Notes: generated by a model from the sequence alone, not told the origin. A DNA stretch of 64,000 nt from Candidatus Parcubacteria bacterium (GCA_023396915.1 JAEWUV010000001.1:21206-85205), one strand, 5' to 3'; shown: positions 27,284 through 36,852, numbered from the stretch's first letter. Made by a program: numbers and translations.

Positions 27284-27760
27284 ATGGCTCAACCCGTCGG
27301 TTATTCCAAAAAAGTTTTAGAACATTTCAGAAATCCACATAATTTTGGGGTTATTAAAAATGCCACTACTGTTGGCCAAGTAGGGAACCCCGCTTGTGGT
27401 GATGTTATGAAACTTTATTTAAAAATTGACAAAAATAAACAAGGTCAAGATTTTATTAAGGATGTTAAATTTGAAACCATGGGTTGTGCTGCCGCCATTG
27501 CCACCAGTAGTGTTGTTACCGATTTAGCTTTTAGTAAGACCATAGAAGATGCTCTAAAGTTGGACAATAAAGATGTTATCGAGGCGCTCGAATATCTTCC
27601 CGATATCAAGATTCATTGTTCTCTTTTAGCCATCGATGCTCTAAACGAAGCTATTTTTAATTATTACCAACAAATTAAACATTCCATTTCAGAGTCTCTT
27701 CAAAAGAAACACGATAGAATTACTGTTTGTCAAGCTAGGCTCCATGACCAACATCGATAA
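27284..27760 (+). CDS. iscU: Fe-S cluster assembly scaffold IscU/NifU-like, with a C-terminal extension.
   Basis: Three conserved Cys: GNPACGDVMKL, GCAAAIATSS, IHCSLLA. Confidence 0.88.
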   Translation: MAQPVGYSKKVLEHFRNPHNFGVIKNATTVGQVGNPACGDVMKLYLKIDKNKQGQDFIKDVKFETMGCAAAIATSSVVTDLAFSKTIEDALKLDNKDVIEALEYLPDIKIHCSLLAIDALNEAIFNYYQQIKHSISESLQKKHDRITVCQARLHDQHR

Positions 27761-28817
27761 ATTTTCTTGCCCAGATTGCCATCCTCAAAAGAAATCTAAC
27801 CTATTGTTTTTGGTTATTTTTATAGTTCTAGTTTTTTTCTTTTTTATCTTCAATCAATTTAATCTTCTTCCGTTACTTAGTCTTGATTTTCAAAGTTCTC
27901 TCCCTTTATTTTTTCTTCTGGGTGTTTTAGCCAGCCTTTCCAGTTGTAGCGCTATTATTGGCGGCCTATTGCTTTCAATTTCTAAAAATTGGTTGGATTT
28001 TAAATCACATTTATTTTTCAATTTATCCAGAATTATCACTTTTGTCCTTCTAGGTGGATTACTTGGACTAATTGGTTCTTTTATTAATATTTCTTCCTCA
28101 GTTTTTCCAATCATAATTACTACTATTTCCTTAATTATGATTTACTCTTCTTTACCACTTTTAGGGATTAACCTTCCAAAAATTTCTTTTCTCCCCAAAA
28201 AGTTTCTTAACAAAACATTTTCTCAAAATCTTTCACCAATTATTTTTGGTATTTTAACCTTTCTTCTCCCTTGTGGTTTTACTTTTACCGCCCAAAGTTC
28301 TGCTTTAATTTCAGCCAATCCGCTTAGAGGTTCTCTTATTCTTCTCTTCTTTGTTCTGGGTACTACCCCCAGTCTTTTATTAATCGGTTTTTTTAGTTCC
28401 AAACTTTTCAAAAACCCTGCTCTTTCTAAAAAATTTTCTCTTTTAGCTGGCTTTCTTATATTATTTTTCGCCTTATCCAACATTTTTATTCAGGCCAAAA
28501 ATCTATTCCCATCAAAAAACAGTTCATCGGTTGTCATCTCCGATCAAAAACAAATTATCAATATGACCGTGACCAACTCTGCTTATTCCCCCAGTTATTT
28601 TGAAGTCAAAACCAACACTCCAATTGTCTGGCAAATTACCCCAAAAGGTATTACTAGCTGTACCACCACTTTAGTCTCACCTTTAATTTTGGATAAACCA
28701 ATTAATCTTTCACCTTTTCAAAGTACAACCGTTGAATTTACTATCAAAAAGCCAGGAACATATAGTTTTTTCTGTTCTATGGGGATGGTTACTGGAATTA
28801 TCAAAGCAGTCGACTGA
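27744..28817 (+). CDS. Membrane protein with an N-terminal CxxC, a TauE/DsbD_2-like TM domain and a C-terminal cupredoxin-like domain. Putative metal handling.
   Basis: FSCPDCHP, LLGGLLGLIGS...LTFLLPCGFTF TM motifs. C-terminus TTVEFTIKKPGTYSFFCSMGM resembles cupredoxin-like domains, although His ligands are not evident. Confidence 0.45.
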   Translation: MTNIDKFSCPDCHPQKKSNLLFLVIFIVLVFFFFIFNQFNLLPLLSLDFQSSLPLFFLLGVLASLSSCSAIIGGLLLSISKNWLDFKSHLFFNLSRIITFVLLGGLLGLIGSFINISSSVFPIIITTISLIMIYSSLPLLGINLPKISFLPKKFLNKTFSQNLSPIIFGILTFLLPCGFTFTAQSSALISANPLRGSLILLFFVLGTTPSLLLIGFFSSKLFKNPALSKKFSLLAGFLILFFALSNIFIQAKNLFPSKNSSSVVISDQKQIINMTVTNSAYSPSYFEVKTNTPIVWQITPKGITSCTTTLVSPLILDKPINLSPFQSTTVEFTIKKPGTYSFFCSMGMVTGIIKAVD

Positions 28818-28842
28818 TTATTAATTTAAAGGGAGGCCACAT

Positions 28843-28929
28843 ATGGCAGCATCAAAAAAATGTAGCTGCGGTTGCACTAGCTGCAATTGCGGTCCAAAGT
28901 GTTCTTGCGGTTGTAATTCTAAAAAATAA
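28843..28929 (+). CDS. 28-aa Cys-rich metallothionein-like peptide (MAASKKCSCGCTSCNCGPKCSCGCNSKK). Not in the ORF track.
   Basis: Strong SD aaagggagg 7-15 nt upstream and 9 Cys in CxC/CxxC arrays like small fungal Cu-metallothioneins. Followed by a strong terminator hairpin. Confidence 0.55.
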   Translation: MAASKKCSCGCTSCNCGPKCSCGCNSKK

Positions 28930-28932
28930 ACC

Positions 28933-28972
28933 GCCCACAAGATAGCCCCGCTTTTAGGGGCTGTCTTGTTGT
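28933..28972 (+). terminator. Rho-independent terminator-like hairpin (ACAAGAtAGCCCCgctttta GGGGCTgTCTTGTtgtt) after the Cys-rich peptide gene.
   Basis: Near-perfect 12-bp inverted repeat with a T-rich tail. Confidence 0.6.
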
Positions 28973-28989
28973 TATAATTTAAACATCTT

Positions 28990-29448
28990 ATGTTTCTAGT
29001 AAAAGCTGCTTACGCTCAATGCCCGGTTTGTATTGTCACCGTTGGGGGGGGGATGATTTTGGCCAAAAAACTTGGTATTGATGATTTTTTGGTTTCTCTT
29101 TGGATTTCAGGACTCAACACGGCTATCTCTTTTTGGCTAGCTCAAAAAATAAAAAATAAATTTTTTGGCAATCCAATTATCTTGTCTGTTTTAATGTTGG
29201 GAGCCACCTTGTCTTATTTTATGTTTACTGACCAAACCGGTTCTGCCAGTAATCAATTGTTTGGTCTAGATAAAATTATTTTTGGCCAATCTTTAGGTTT
29301 ATTAATTTGGCTTTTGGGTATTTTTGTTGATCGTAAAACACGTGTTTTAAATGGTGGTAAAATTCTTTTCCCTTATCAAAAAGTTATTTTCCCTCTTGGA
29401 ATTTTAACTTTACTAACTATTTTATTTAAATTAATATTTAAGTTATAA
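28990..29448 (+). CDS. Hypothetical membrane protein (152 aa, 4 TM).
   Basis: Hydrophobic segments. No motif. Confidence 0.45.
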   Translation: MFLVKAAYAQCPVCIVTVGGGMILAKKLGIDDFLVSLWISGLNTAISFWLAQKIKNKFFGNPIILSVLMLGATLSYFMFTDQTGSASNQLFGLDKIIFGQSLGLLIWLLGIFVDRKTRVLNGGKILFPYQKVIFPLGILTLLTILFKLIFKL

Positions 29449-29502
29449 AACCCCATTCCCCGTCTTGTCAAAGAAGGGGTTAGGGGAAGATTGAATTAAA
29501 TT

Positions 29503-30036
29503 ATGAATTCAAAAGACCTTCAAAAATTTATCGACAAAGCCAAATCACTTGAAAAAGGTCATCAAATGGACTTATCTTCCGGTGAAGATTTATCCGTTGC
29601 TATCATGAATCTTATTGGAATTGAGGAACATATGTTTTTTACCTCTCAAAAACTAGGCGACACCAAGTATATTGATGTTTTAAATACTGCCCGAGAAATG
29701 AGAAAGGAGTTAATGAAAAAAATAGTCAAAGAAGGCCAAGGTGAAGTTTGGTGTACCAGTAAACACCTTTTATCAGCTTCTATGAGACTTATGGAAGTTG
29801 GCACAAAAAGTTTAACTAAAGGTGACAAAAAAGAGGCCAATGATTATTTCAAAAAATCTTTTGATCTTTATAATCTTTTTTGGAGTTTAAATTTAGGTTT
29901 AATCAAACCAGATAATTCTGTAGAGACGCATCATGATGCGTCTCTACCTGTAAAAGAAAAGCCACTACCAACCAAAGATTTTTTGGGTAAAGTCGGCCAG
30001 ACTATCAATAAAATTCTTGATTGCTGCCGAGAATAA
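29503..30036 (+). CDS. Hypothetical protein (177 aa).
   Basis: Intact ORF preceded by a hairpin and AT-rich leader. No motif. Confidence 0.4.
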   Translation: MNSKDLQKFIDKAKSLEKGHQMDLSSGEDLSVAIMNLIGIEEHMFFTSQKLGDTKYIDVLNTAREMRKELMKKIVKEGQGEVWCTSKHLLSASMRLMEVGTKSLTKGDKKEANDYFKKSFDLYNLFWSLNLGLIKPDNSVETHHDASLPVKEKPLPTKDFLGKVGQTINKILDCCRE

Positions 30037-30069
30037 TTACTTTTTAAAATATCATTTTAATATCCAAAC

Positions 30070-30738
30070 ATGTCAGGTGAGGGGGGCGAAAAACCACAAC
30101 CAAAAATTCACATAAAACACGGGCTTAATCAAACTCGTGCCGATCAAGTCCTTCAAACACCTCACCCTTATCAAGGTCCCTCTGTTATAGATACCGCCCA
30201 AAATATTTTTGATCATATAGAATCACTCAAAAAAATAATTGAAAGATTAAAAAATGAAAAGAAAATTAATTCACGGACCCAACTTCCTAATGAAGAGGCT
30301 CTAAATGAATTTATTAACATTTTTGATAATAAACCAGGTAGTATTATTGCCACCTATATAGATCTTAAAGGTTTTGGAGAAATTAACCGAACCGTTGGTC
30401 ATAATGCGGCCAATAAAAAAATTTATGAATTTGGTAATTTCTTTCAAGAAAAAATTAGAGAAAATGATCTATTGTTCCATTTACACGGGGATGAGTTTGT
30501 ATTACTTTCTACTTATAGAATTGACCCCAAGGAACCAAATAACCCACAAGAAGGTTTAAAAAATCACCTAGAATCTATAAACGGGGAATCAGAAGTTAAA
30601 TTTGATTTTGTTTCAGTTATTTATGATAAGAGTAAACACAAAAGTCTTATTGATACTGTAAAAGAAGCGGATAAAATCCTTATGGCAAAAAAAGAAGCTG
30701 CTCGGGAAGCTAGAAAAACAACCCCAAATTCATCCTAA
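30070..30738 (+). CDS. GGDEF-like domain protein with a degenerate HGDEF signature.
   Basis: YIDLKGFGEINRTVGHNAANKK...LLFHLHGDEFVLL follows the GGDEF domain pattern (D.K.F..iN...GH ... GGDEF) with the first Gly replaced by His. Confidence 0.55.
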   Translation: MSGEGGEKPQPKIHIKHGLNQTRADQVLQTPHPYQGPSVIDTAQNIFDHIESLKKIIERLKNEKKINSRTQLPNEEALNEFINIFDNKPGSIIATYIDLKGFGEINRTVGHNAANKKIYEFGNFFQEKIRENDLLFHLHGDEFVLLSTYRIDPKEPNNPQEGLKNHLESINGESEVKFDFVSVIYDKSKHKSLIDTVKEADKILMAKKEAAREARKTTPNSS

Positions 30739-30747
30739 CTCTAGTTT

Positions 30748-31992
30748 TCATAACTTCTCTAACTCATAAAACCTAATATTTTCATTTAAACTTTCCTCTC
30801 TTTTTACCTCAAACTTTCCAAAGGAATTCACTTCCCATACCGTTTCAATTTCTGGTGGTCGATCGACTGGCGCGACTAAAAATAATGTTTTTGCTTTTGG
30901 ATATTCTTCCACTCCCATCGGTTTACATCCTTTAATAATCAATAAAAATCTCAAATCATAAGATCTCGTATCACCCGTAAGAGTACTTGTTATGTTGTAA
31001 TTTTCAGGACATCCGTTTATTAAGATTTTATTTACTGCTTCTTTTTGTCTTAAATAATTCCATCCTTTTGGACTTTTATATGGCAAAGGATAATTAAGCA
31101 AACGCATTTGTATCAAACTAACTCCTATAATCATTACTAAACAAACTAAAAGTTTACCCTTTTTAATTTTATTTAATATCCAAGCCAATCCCCAAAAAAT
31201 AAAAATACCCAAGGAATGGGTAAAATAATATAGTTCTAAGTGTTCTTTACCTAAAGTTTGTCCCATTACCAAAAAGACTGTCTTTATATTGTAAAAATTA
31301 TTTCTAATTTCAAAAATAAACCAAGGTAAATCGCCTATTACAAAAAATAAAGAAACAATTAATATTTTCCAATTCAACAATTTTTTATTTTTCAATAAAA
31401 CTATTAACAATGGGATAGCCCAAAGTACGGATGAATAGTGGAACCCAAATGCTAACCCCCACAAAATACCAAAACCTAAAATATATTTAATTTTTTCAGT
31501 TTGAACATATTTATCCAACGCTACCACTGCCATTATTCCTAGTGGTAACAAAAAATGTGGGTTCCAAAAAAAACGACTATGCATAATAAAGTACTTTGAA
31601 AAAGATATTAATCCAAATATTGTCAACGCTTCCACCACCCCATATTTTTTACGTATCCAATTTACAAAATATACGAAAAATATTAATTCAATAAACAAAA
31701 AACTTAGGCTAATCAATATTGGATTCCATCTGGTCAATTGGCCAAAAATTGCCAAGACATAATAATATTGAGGTCCAATAAAAAACCCTCTATCCAAAAA
31801 CGTCTTTGAAGTCACCATTGGGCCAATCAGTCGAATATCTTTATTAGTCACCATTTCCCAAGTTTCTAATAATTGAAAACCTTGATCTAAACCAAAGGCT
31901 GTTTTTTCTTCAAACTTAAAAATCCGTAAAAATAAATAGATCCCTACTAAAGTCATTAACCCAATCACGAAAATTATTTTTTTACCTTTCAT
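30748..31992 (-). CDS. Polytopic membrane glycosyltransferase-like protein (GT39/GT83 ArnT/PMT-like).
   Basis: More than 10 TM helices and a conserved loop after the N-terminal TM helix. Weak family assignment. Confidence 0.4.
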   Translation of the reverse strand: MKGKKIIFVIGLMTLVGIYLFLRIFKFEEKTAFGLDQGFQLLETWEMVTNKDIRLIGPMVTSKTFLDRGFFIGPQYYYVLAIFGQLTRWNPILISLSFLFIELIFFVYFVNWIRKKYGVVEALTIFGLISFSKYFIMHSRFFWNPHFLLPLGIMAVVALDKYVQTEKIKYILGFGILWGLAFGFHYSSVLWAIPLLIVLLKNKKLLNWKILIVSLFFVIGDLPWFIFEIRNNFYNIKTVFLVMGQTLGKEHLELYYFTHSLGIFIFWGLAWILNKIKKGKLLVCLVMIIGVSLIQMRLLNYPLPYKSPKGWNYLRQKEAVNKILINGCPENYNITSTLTGDTRSYDLRFLLIIKGCKPMGVEEYPKAKTLFLVAPVDRPPEIETVWEVNSFGKFEVKREESLNENIRFYELEKL

Positions 31993-32017
31993 TAATTCTT
32001 AAGTTTATAATACATTA

Positions 32018-33748
32018 ATGCGTTGGTTGGCCAAAACTATTTTTATTTTTGTCTTATTTTTATTTCTTCACCAATCTACTCTCGCCAACGAAAAGTTTGT
32101 TACTATAGTCAACCCGGTCAGAAGTCGCGAGTTGTGGAAAGACAAGAGCTTAAAACCTCTAGATAATCAATATCAAATCATCGACAGGCTTCAACTCAAG
32201 GCCACCTGGTTACTCCAAAATGATGTTTTTAGTGACGTCGATTTAGTTTCTAAATTTAAAAAATTTAACTCCAATCAAGAATTCGGACTTTTTTTGGAAA
32301 TCAGTCCCCATTTAGCCACCAAAGCCAGAGTTTATTACCCCAGCCAAACTGAGTGGTATTCACCCAAGGCTGTTTTTCTTTCTGCCTATAATCCCACCGA
32401 CCGAAAAAAACTCATTGATCAGATAGTTTTAGATTTCAAAAATACTTTCGGCTTTATCCCAAAATCTGCCGGTGCTTGGTGGATTGACAGTTGGTCCCAA
32501 AATTATTTGGCTCAAAAGTACAAAATTTATTCATTAATGATTGTTGCTGACCAAAAAACCACCGATAATTACGGGGTTTGGGGACAGTGGTGGGGTTATC
32601 CTTACATTGCTTCATCTCAAAATATTTTAGTTCCCGGAAATTCTCAAACTGTTGTTATCCAATGGGCTCAGAGGGATTTAGAAAAAGCTTACAACGGTTC
32701 TGGACCTTTAGTTTCTAACTATTCACTCCAGGCCAATGATTATTTAAGTCAAAAGTTAGATTTTAACTATTTTAAAAATTTAGCTAGTCAATATTTATCA
32801 GTTGAACCATTGGGACAAATTACCGTTGGTTTAGAAACCGGTATGGAAAGTGTTGGTTATGAACAGGAATATAAAAAACAGTTAACCTGGATTTCAGAAA
32901 ATAAAATAAATCCTCTTACCATGAGTCAGTTTTCTGATGTTTACAAACAAATTTACAATAACCACAATCCATCAGAAATTAAGTTGGGGAATTGGTCATT
33001 AACTTCTCAATCACGTAGCAATCCAAATTTATCTGATGAAATTATTTATCAGCCAAATATTAGTTTTTCTGACAAATTTATTGCCGACCAAAATTCCTTT
33101 TTAAATCGGGATTTGAATAATTTATCAGCCAAAATTGAAATTTTTTATTTTCCTTTTTTTCTCTTATTAATCCCAGTTTTATGTTGGTACAGTAAAAGTT
33201 TTGTCCCGGTTATTTTTACTCTCATATTATATTTTCCTATTTTTAGATCATTTTATGGATCTGGTTGGAAAATATTTTATGGTCCGGTTCTAAATAATTT
33301 ATTACTTTGGCAGGTTTTAATCTTAATTATTTTTACAGTTTTAATTACTAAATTTAATCAAAAATTTAAAATTCACTGGACATCCTGGTTTTCTGTCTGG
33401 GTTTTGAATTTACTTCTTTTCACTGCTAGGTATTCAATTGTCGACGGTCAACGCTATTTTGGTTTTTTGCTCGATAAATTTAGGTTTATCGGAATTACTC
33501 TCGGAAATAGGGTTCACTTTTTTAACCAAGATTTATCCGGTTTGGTTGCTTCGTCTATGCTCAAATTTGACCCGAGTTGGATTTGGCAAAACTGGTGGTC
33601 CTGGACTTTGGTTTATCCAATCATGGAAATAATTTTAGTTTTAATAATTAACAAAATTATTCTCAAAAAGTTAAGATTTTTTATGTTTATTTTGTCAGGC
33701 TTATTTATAATTTACTTATTCAACCAAATTCCTTTATGGGTAAAGTAA
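32018..33748 (+). CDS. Hypothetical exported protein with a C-terminal multi-TM region (576 aa).
   Basis: Signal peptide or TM at the N-terminus, Trp-rich soluble domain, hydrophobic C-terminal third. Overlaps the next gene by 13 nt. Confidence 0.4.
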   Translation: MRWLAKTIFIFVLFLFLHQSTLANEKFVTIVNPVRSRELWKDKSLKPLDNQYQIIDRLQLKATWLLQNDVFSDVDLVSKFKKFNSNQEFGLFLEISPHLATKARVYYPSQTEWYSPKAVFLSAYNPTDRKKLIDQIVLDFKNTFGFIPKSAGAWWIDSWSQNYLAQKYKIYSLMIVADQKTTDNYGVWGQWWGYPYIASSQNILVPGNSQTVVIQWAQRDLEKAYNGSGPLVSNYSLQANDYLSQKLDFNYFKNLASQYLSVEPLGQITVGLETGMESVGYEQEYKKQLTWISENKINPLTMSQFSDVYKQIYNNHNPSEIKLGNWSLTSQSRSNPNLSDEIIYQPNISFSDKFIADQNSFLNRDLNNLSAKIEIFYFPFFLLLIPVLCWYSKSFVPVIFTLILYFPIFRSFYGSGWKIFYGPVLNNLLLWQVLILIIFTVLITKFNQKFKIHWTSWFSVWVLNLLLFTARYSIVDGQRYFGFLLDKFRFIGITLGNRVHFFNQDLSGLVASSMLKFDPSWIWQNWWSWTLVYPIMEIILVLIINKIILKKLRFFMFILSGLFIIYLFNQIPLWVK

Positions 33749-35076
33749 TTTCCCAAAAAATTAAAATTCTCTTTTTCTCCTTAGCCTTTATCATTTTATT
33801 TCTTTTGCCTGCCAAAACTTTTGATTCAATTGATGGGTTAATGTATTTAAACACAGCCAAAAGTATTGTTTATCAGGGTAATTTTTCAATCAATGAAAAA
33901 ATACCCAGTTTAATCAAGGGAGTTACCGGAGAATTCTATTCTGTTGGTGGTCTAGGTTGGACTATTTGTTTAGTAATTCCAATTTGGATTAATAAAATTG
34001 CTGGCGGAAATATTGAAAATATTCAACTTGTTGCCAATTTTACTAATCCGTTTTTATCTTTTTGTTTACTTATAGTTTTATATAAACTCTATTCACTTAT
34101 TTCTAAAAATCAAAAAATTGCTTTAATTGTCGCCGCTATCACTGTTTTTTCCACTAACTTATTACCCTTATCCAAGCATTCATTTGCCCACATGTTTTCA
34201 ATTTTAACCATAATTTCCAGTATTTATTTTGGGTTGAAATGCTCTTCACTTAAGAAAACTAAAAATCTGATTCTATCAGGAATCTTTTATGGATTATTTA
34301 TTCTTAGTTACAATTATAGTTTTGTTTTGGTTAGTTTTGTCTTATTTTTAGTCTTAATTTTCAAAAAAGTTCTTAATAAAAAAATTATCACTTACTGGTT
34401 TATTGGAGTAATCCCGTTTATCTCTCTCTTCTTCTTTTACAATTACTTCCGGTTCGGAAATATTTTTGAAACTGGTTATCTTGCCGGCAGCAGTACCAGT
34501 ACAGAAACCAATCTTAGAAATAGTTTTATCGACGGATTTTGGGGGTTACTCTTAAGTCCTGGTAAAAGTATTTGGGTTTATAGCCCTATTCTGATTTATA
34601 GTTTTTATTTAAGTCTTAAAAATATCAAAAAAAACTGGGTTTATGCCCTGTTTGTAAGTTTCCTCACCTTAAACACTATTTTCTATGCCAGACTGGCTTT
34701 TTGGAGTGGAGAACTAAGTTATGGCCCTCGATATTTTGCCATACTTATTCCATTTGGTGGTTTAGTTTTGGTTCAGCATTGGCACCAAATTAATAAAAAA
34801 ATCTTGACTGGTTTAGTGCTACTTGGGCTATGGGTTCAGTTTGTTGGAGTATCAATCCCTTATACAAAACAGTACCAATGGTACGATATGGAATTTATGT
34901 GTGTTGGCAGTCAAGGCCTAAGTCGTCAAGGCGAGTTTGATTATTGGTCTATTGGCCAATTTATTCCTCGATATTCTCCTCCATATAGGCTTAAAAAAGA
35001 ATTATTTCAAAGATGGAATAATCTAATTTTTAAACGAAATGGGGATCTTCCTGATTTTTGGTGGGTAAAAGACTAA
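33736..35076 (+). CDS. Polytopic membrane protein, GT39/ArnT-like glycosyltransferase family (tentative).
   Basis: More than 10 TM helices. Gene context with the other envelope glycosylation genes. Confidence 0.4.
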   Translation: MGKVISQKIKILFFSLAFIILFLLPAKTFDSIDGLMYLNTAKSIVYQGNFSINEKIPSLIKGVTGEFYSVGGLGWTICLVIPIWINKIAGGNIENIQLVANFTNPFLSFCLLIVLYKLYSLISKNQKIALIVAAITVFSTNLLPLSKHSFAHMFSILTIISSIYFGLKCSSLKKTKNLILSGIFYGLFILSYNYSFVLVSFVLFLVLIFKKVLNKKIITYWFIGVIPFISLFFFYNYFRFGNIFETGYLAGSSTSTETNLRNSFIDGFWGLLLSPGKSIWVYSPILIYSFYLSLKNIKKNWVYALFVSFLTLNTIFYARLAFWSGELSYGPRYFAILIPFGGLVLVQHWHQINKKILTGLVLLGLWVQFVGVSIPYTKQYQWYDMEFMCVGSQGLSRQGEFDYWSIGQFIPRYSPPYRLKKELFQRWNNLIFKRNGDLPDFWWVKD

Positions 35077-35684
35077 CTCTTAAACTTTTCTCCCCACGCC
35101 TCTACCAACGAATAACAACAACCGCAATAATTTTGCTTATAGAACCCGCTGGTTTTTAAATCTTTTACAACTTTTTTCGGTATCAAAAATTTTATTCCAT
35201 ATTCTTTTTCTAGCGTCTTTCCGATTTCCTCAATTTTATTTTTATTCTGATAATGACTGGTTAATAGGGTAGTTGAAACCGCCTCAAAATTATTTTTAGA
35301 TGCATACTCAAACGTCTTTCTTAATCTCAACTCCCAACACCCATCGCATCTGGTTTTACTTTTTAATGGCTCCATTTCATCAAGGGGAGCTGTCCGCAGG
35401 ACTGAGGGGTTTTGTTTTAAAGTCTCCCTTTCTTCAAAGGGAGAAGCGGCGTAGCCGAGAGGGATTTTAGAAAACCATTCTCTTGGGCTCCAATCAGCCA
35501 CCACCAATTTAATTTTATTCTCTTCCGCTATTTTTTGAATCGCTTTTAATCTGGATAAATATTCTGCTCTCGGATGAATATTTGGATTATAAAAATAAGC
35601 CGTTACTTCAATGTCTTCATTCTTCAATGACGCCACCATTTTTACCAAACAATCCGCACAACAAGCATGAATTAGAACCTTCAT
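35073..35684 (-). CDS. queH: Epoxyqueuosine reductase QueH (DUF208) containing an in-frame insertion of about 34 codons derived from tandem hairpin repeats.
   Basis: HACCADC, YFYNPNIHPRAEYLSRL, RCDGCWELRLRKT, TTLLTSHYQNK are QueH hallmarks. The insert is GYAASPFEERETLKQNPSVLRTAPLDEMEPLKSK. Confidence 0.75.
   Translation of the reverse strand: MKVLIHACCADCLVKMVASLKNEDIEVTAYFYNPNIHPRAEYLSRLKAIQKIAEENKIKLVVADWSPREWFSKIPLGYAASPFEERETLKQNPSVLRTAPLDEMEPLKSKTRCDGCWELRLRKTFEYASKNNFEAVSTTLLTSHYQNKNKIEEIGKTLEKEYGIKFLIPKKVVKDLKTSGFYKQNYCGCCYSLVEAWGEKFKS
35369..35470. repeat. Two tandem copies of the composite GC-hairpin element (copies E1 and E2) inside queH, in frame.
   Basis: E1 is gGCTCCatttcatcaaGGGGAGCtGTCCgcaGGACtgaggggtttt. 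E2 is gtCTCCCtttcttcaaaGGGAGaagCGGCgtaGCCGagagggatttt. Confidence 0.7.
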
Positions 35685-36841
35685 TTTTTTGCCAAAAGCT
35701 CCCTTATTCCTTCTAACCCTTCTTTTGCCTCTCCGCTTTCAAAATGTTTTCTGGCCGGCTCTAACTTTTCAATCAACCAATCAGCCAAGCCATTTTTTAA
35801 ATCTAATGGGAATAATTCTCCTGATTTATAGTCTTCAATTAATTTATTAACGTTTGTATACAACAAATCACCTCCAAATTTTTCTGGTCTAGAAATTTTA
35901 AATTCACCCGTTTTTTCTCCCCAAAAGACTAAGGTTTCTACCCAATTTATTAATGGGTTAAACTCAATTTCTTGTGGTGGTCCGTATGCTTTTCTCACTT
36001 TATCCCTAATTTCATCAGGTGTGTCATGAATAAAAATTGCACTATTTGGCTTTGATTTACTCATTTTCAAACTTTCTTCAACTGCAATTTCTCTGTTTTC
36101 TTCAACTGCTTTTTTATCTTGTTTAATTTCAAAAGCTTTATCTGGTCCAGTTAATCCCGCAATCAAATTTTGGTGAATTGCAATTGGAGCAATTACTTCA
36201 CCTTTTTTATTTCTAAGTGGGTTAATAGTTAGTTTTTTGGCCACATCTCGGGCAATCACATGGGCCTTTCTTTGGTCCATTCCTGCATGAGCAATGTTTG
36301 CTTTTAAGGTAAAAATATCGGCCACTTGCAGTGGAGGATAAAACAGTGTTGACATATTTACGTCTGTCCCTTGAGTCTTACCCATAATCGAAATTGACCG
36401 TAAATTTCTGGATAAAGTTACATTACTACCTACTTCCATAAATGTTTCCCAGTGAATCAAGTTGTTTTCATATAAATCTCGTCCCATCACAAATTCAACC
36501 TGATTTTCTTCCACTCCAAAACATTTTAACGAGGCAATTAACCCTTGTTTAAAGTAATGCTCAGTTGCCCAGCGAATATTTTCCCAGTTCCCTCCAAGTT
36601 TGTTATTTAAATAAGAATGGAAATCTGCCAAAAATATCTTACATTTAATCCCAGCTTTTATAAAATCAGCAATTTTCCCCATCGACATTAATCCTGTGCC
36701 TAAGTGAATTAATCCTGAAATTTCAAATCCAATATAATGATTTATTTCAGTTCCAGATTCAATTAGCTTCCTTAAATCTTCTTCGGTCAAAACTTCCTGA
36801 CAGTTTCTGGTTATCAAATGGATTTTTTCTTCAGTAGTCAT
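35681..36841 (-). CDS. tyrS: Tyrosyl-tRNA synthetase, archaeal/eukaryal type. Probable start is MTTEEK at 36841; the track start is at 36895.
   Basis: YIGFEISGLIHLG (HIGH-like), KMSKS, RPEKFGGDL and LDLKN align closely to M. jannaschii-type TyrRS. Confidence 0.85.
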   Translation of the reverse strand: MTTEEKIHLITRNCQEVLTEEDLRKLIESGTEINHYIGFEISGLIHLGTGLMSMGKIADFIKAGIKCKIFLADFHSYLNNKLGGNWENIRWATEHYFKQGLIASLKCFGVEENQVEFVMGRDLYENNLIHWETFMEVGSNVTLSRNLRSISIMGKTQGTDVNMSTLFYPPLQVADIFTLKANIAHAGMDQRKAHVIARDVAKKLTINPLRNKKGEVIAPIAIHQNLIAGLTGPDKAFEIKQDKKAVEENREIAVEESLKMSKSKPNSAIFIHDTPDEIRDKVRKAYGPPQEIEFNPLINWVETLVFWGEKTGEFKISRPEKFGGDLLYTNVNKLIEDYKSGELFPLDLKNGLADWLIEKLEPARKHFESGEAKEGLEGIRELLAKK

Positions 36842-36852
36842 ATTTTTTAGCC

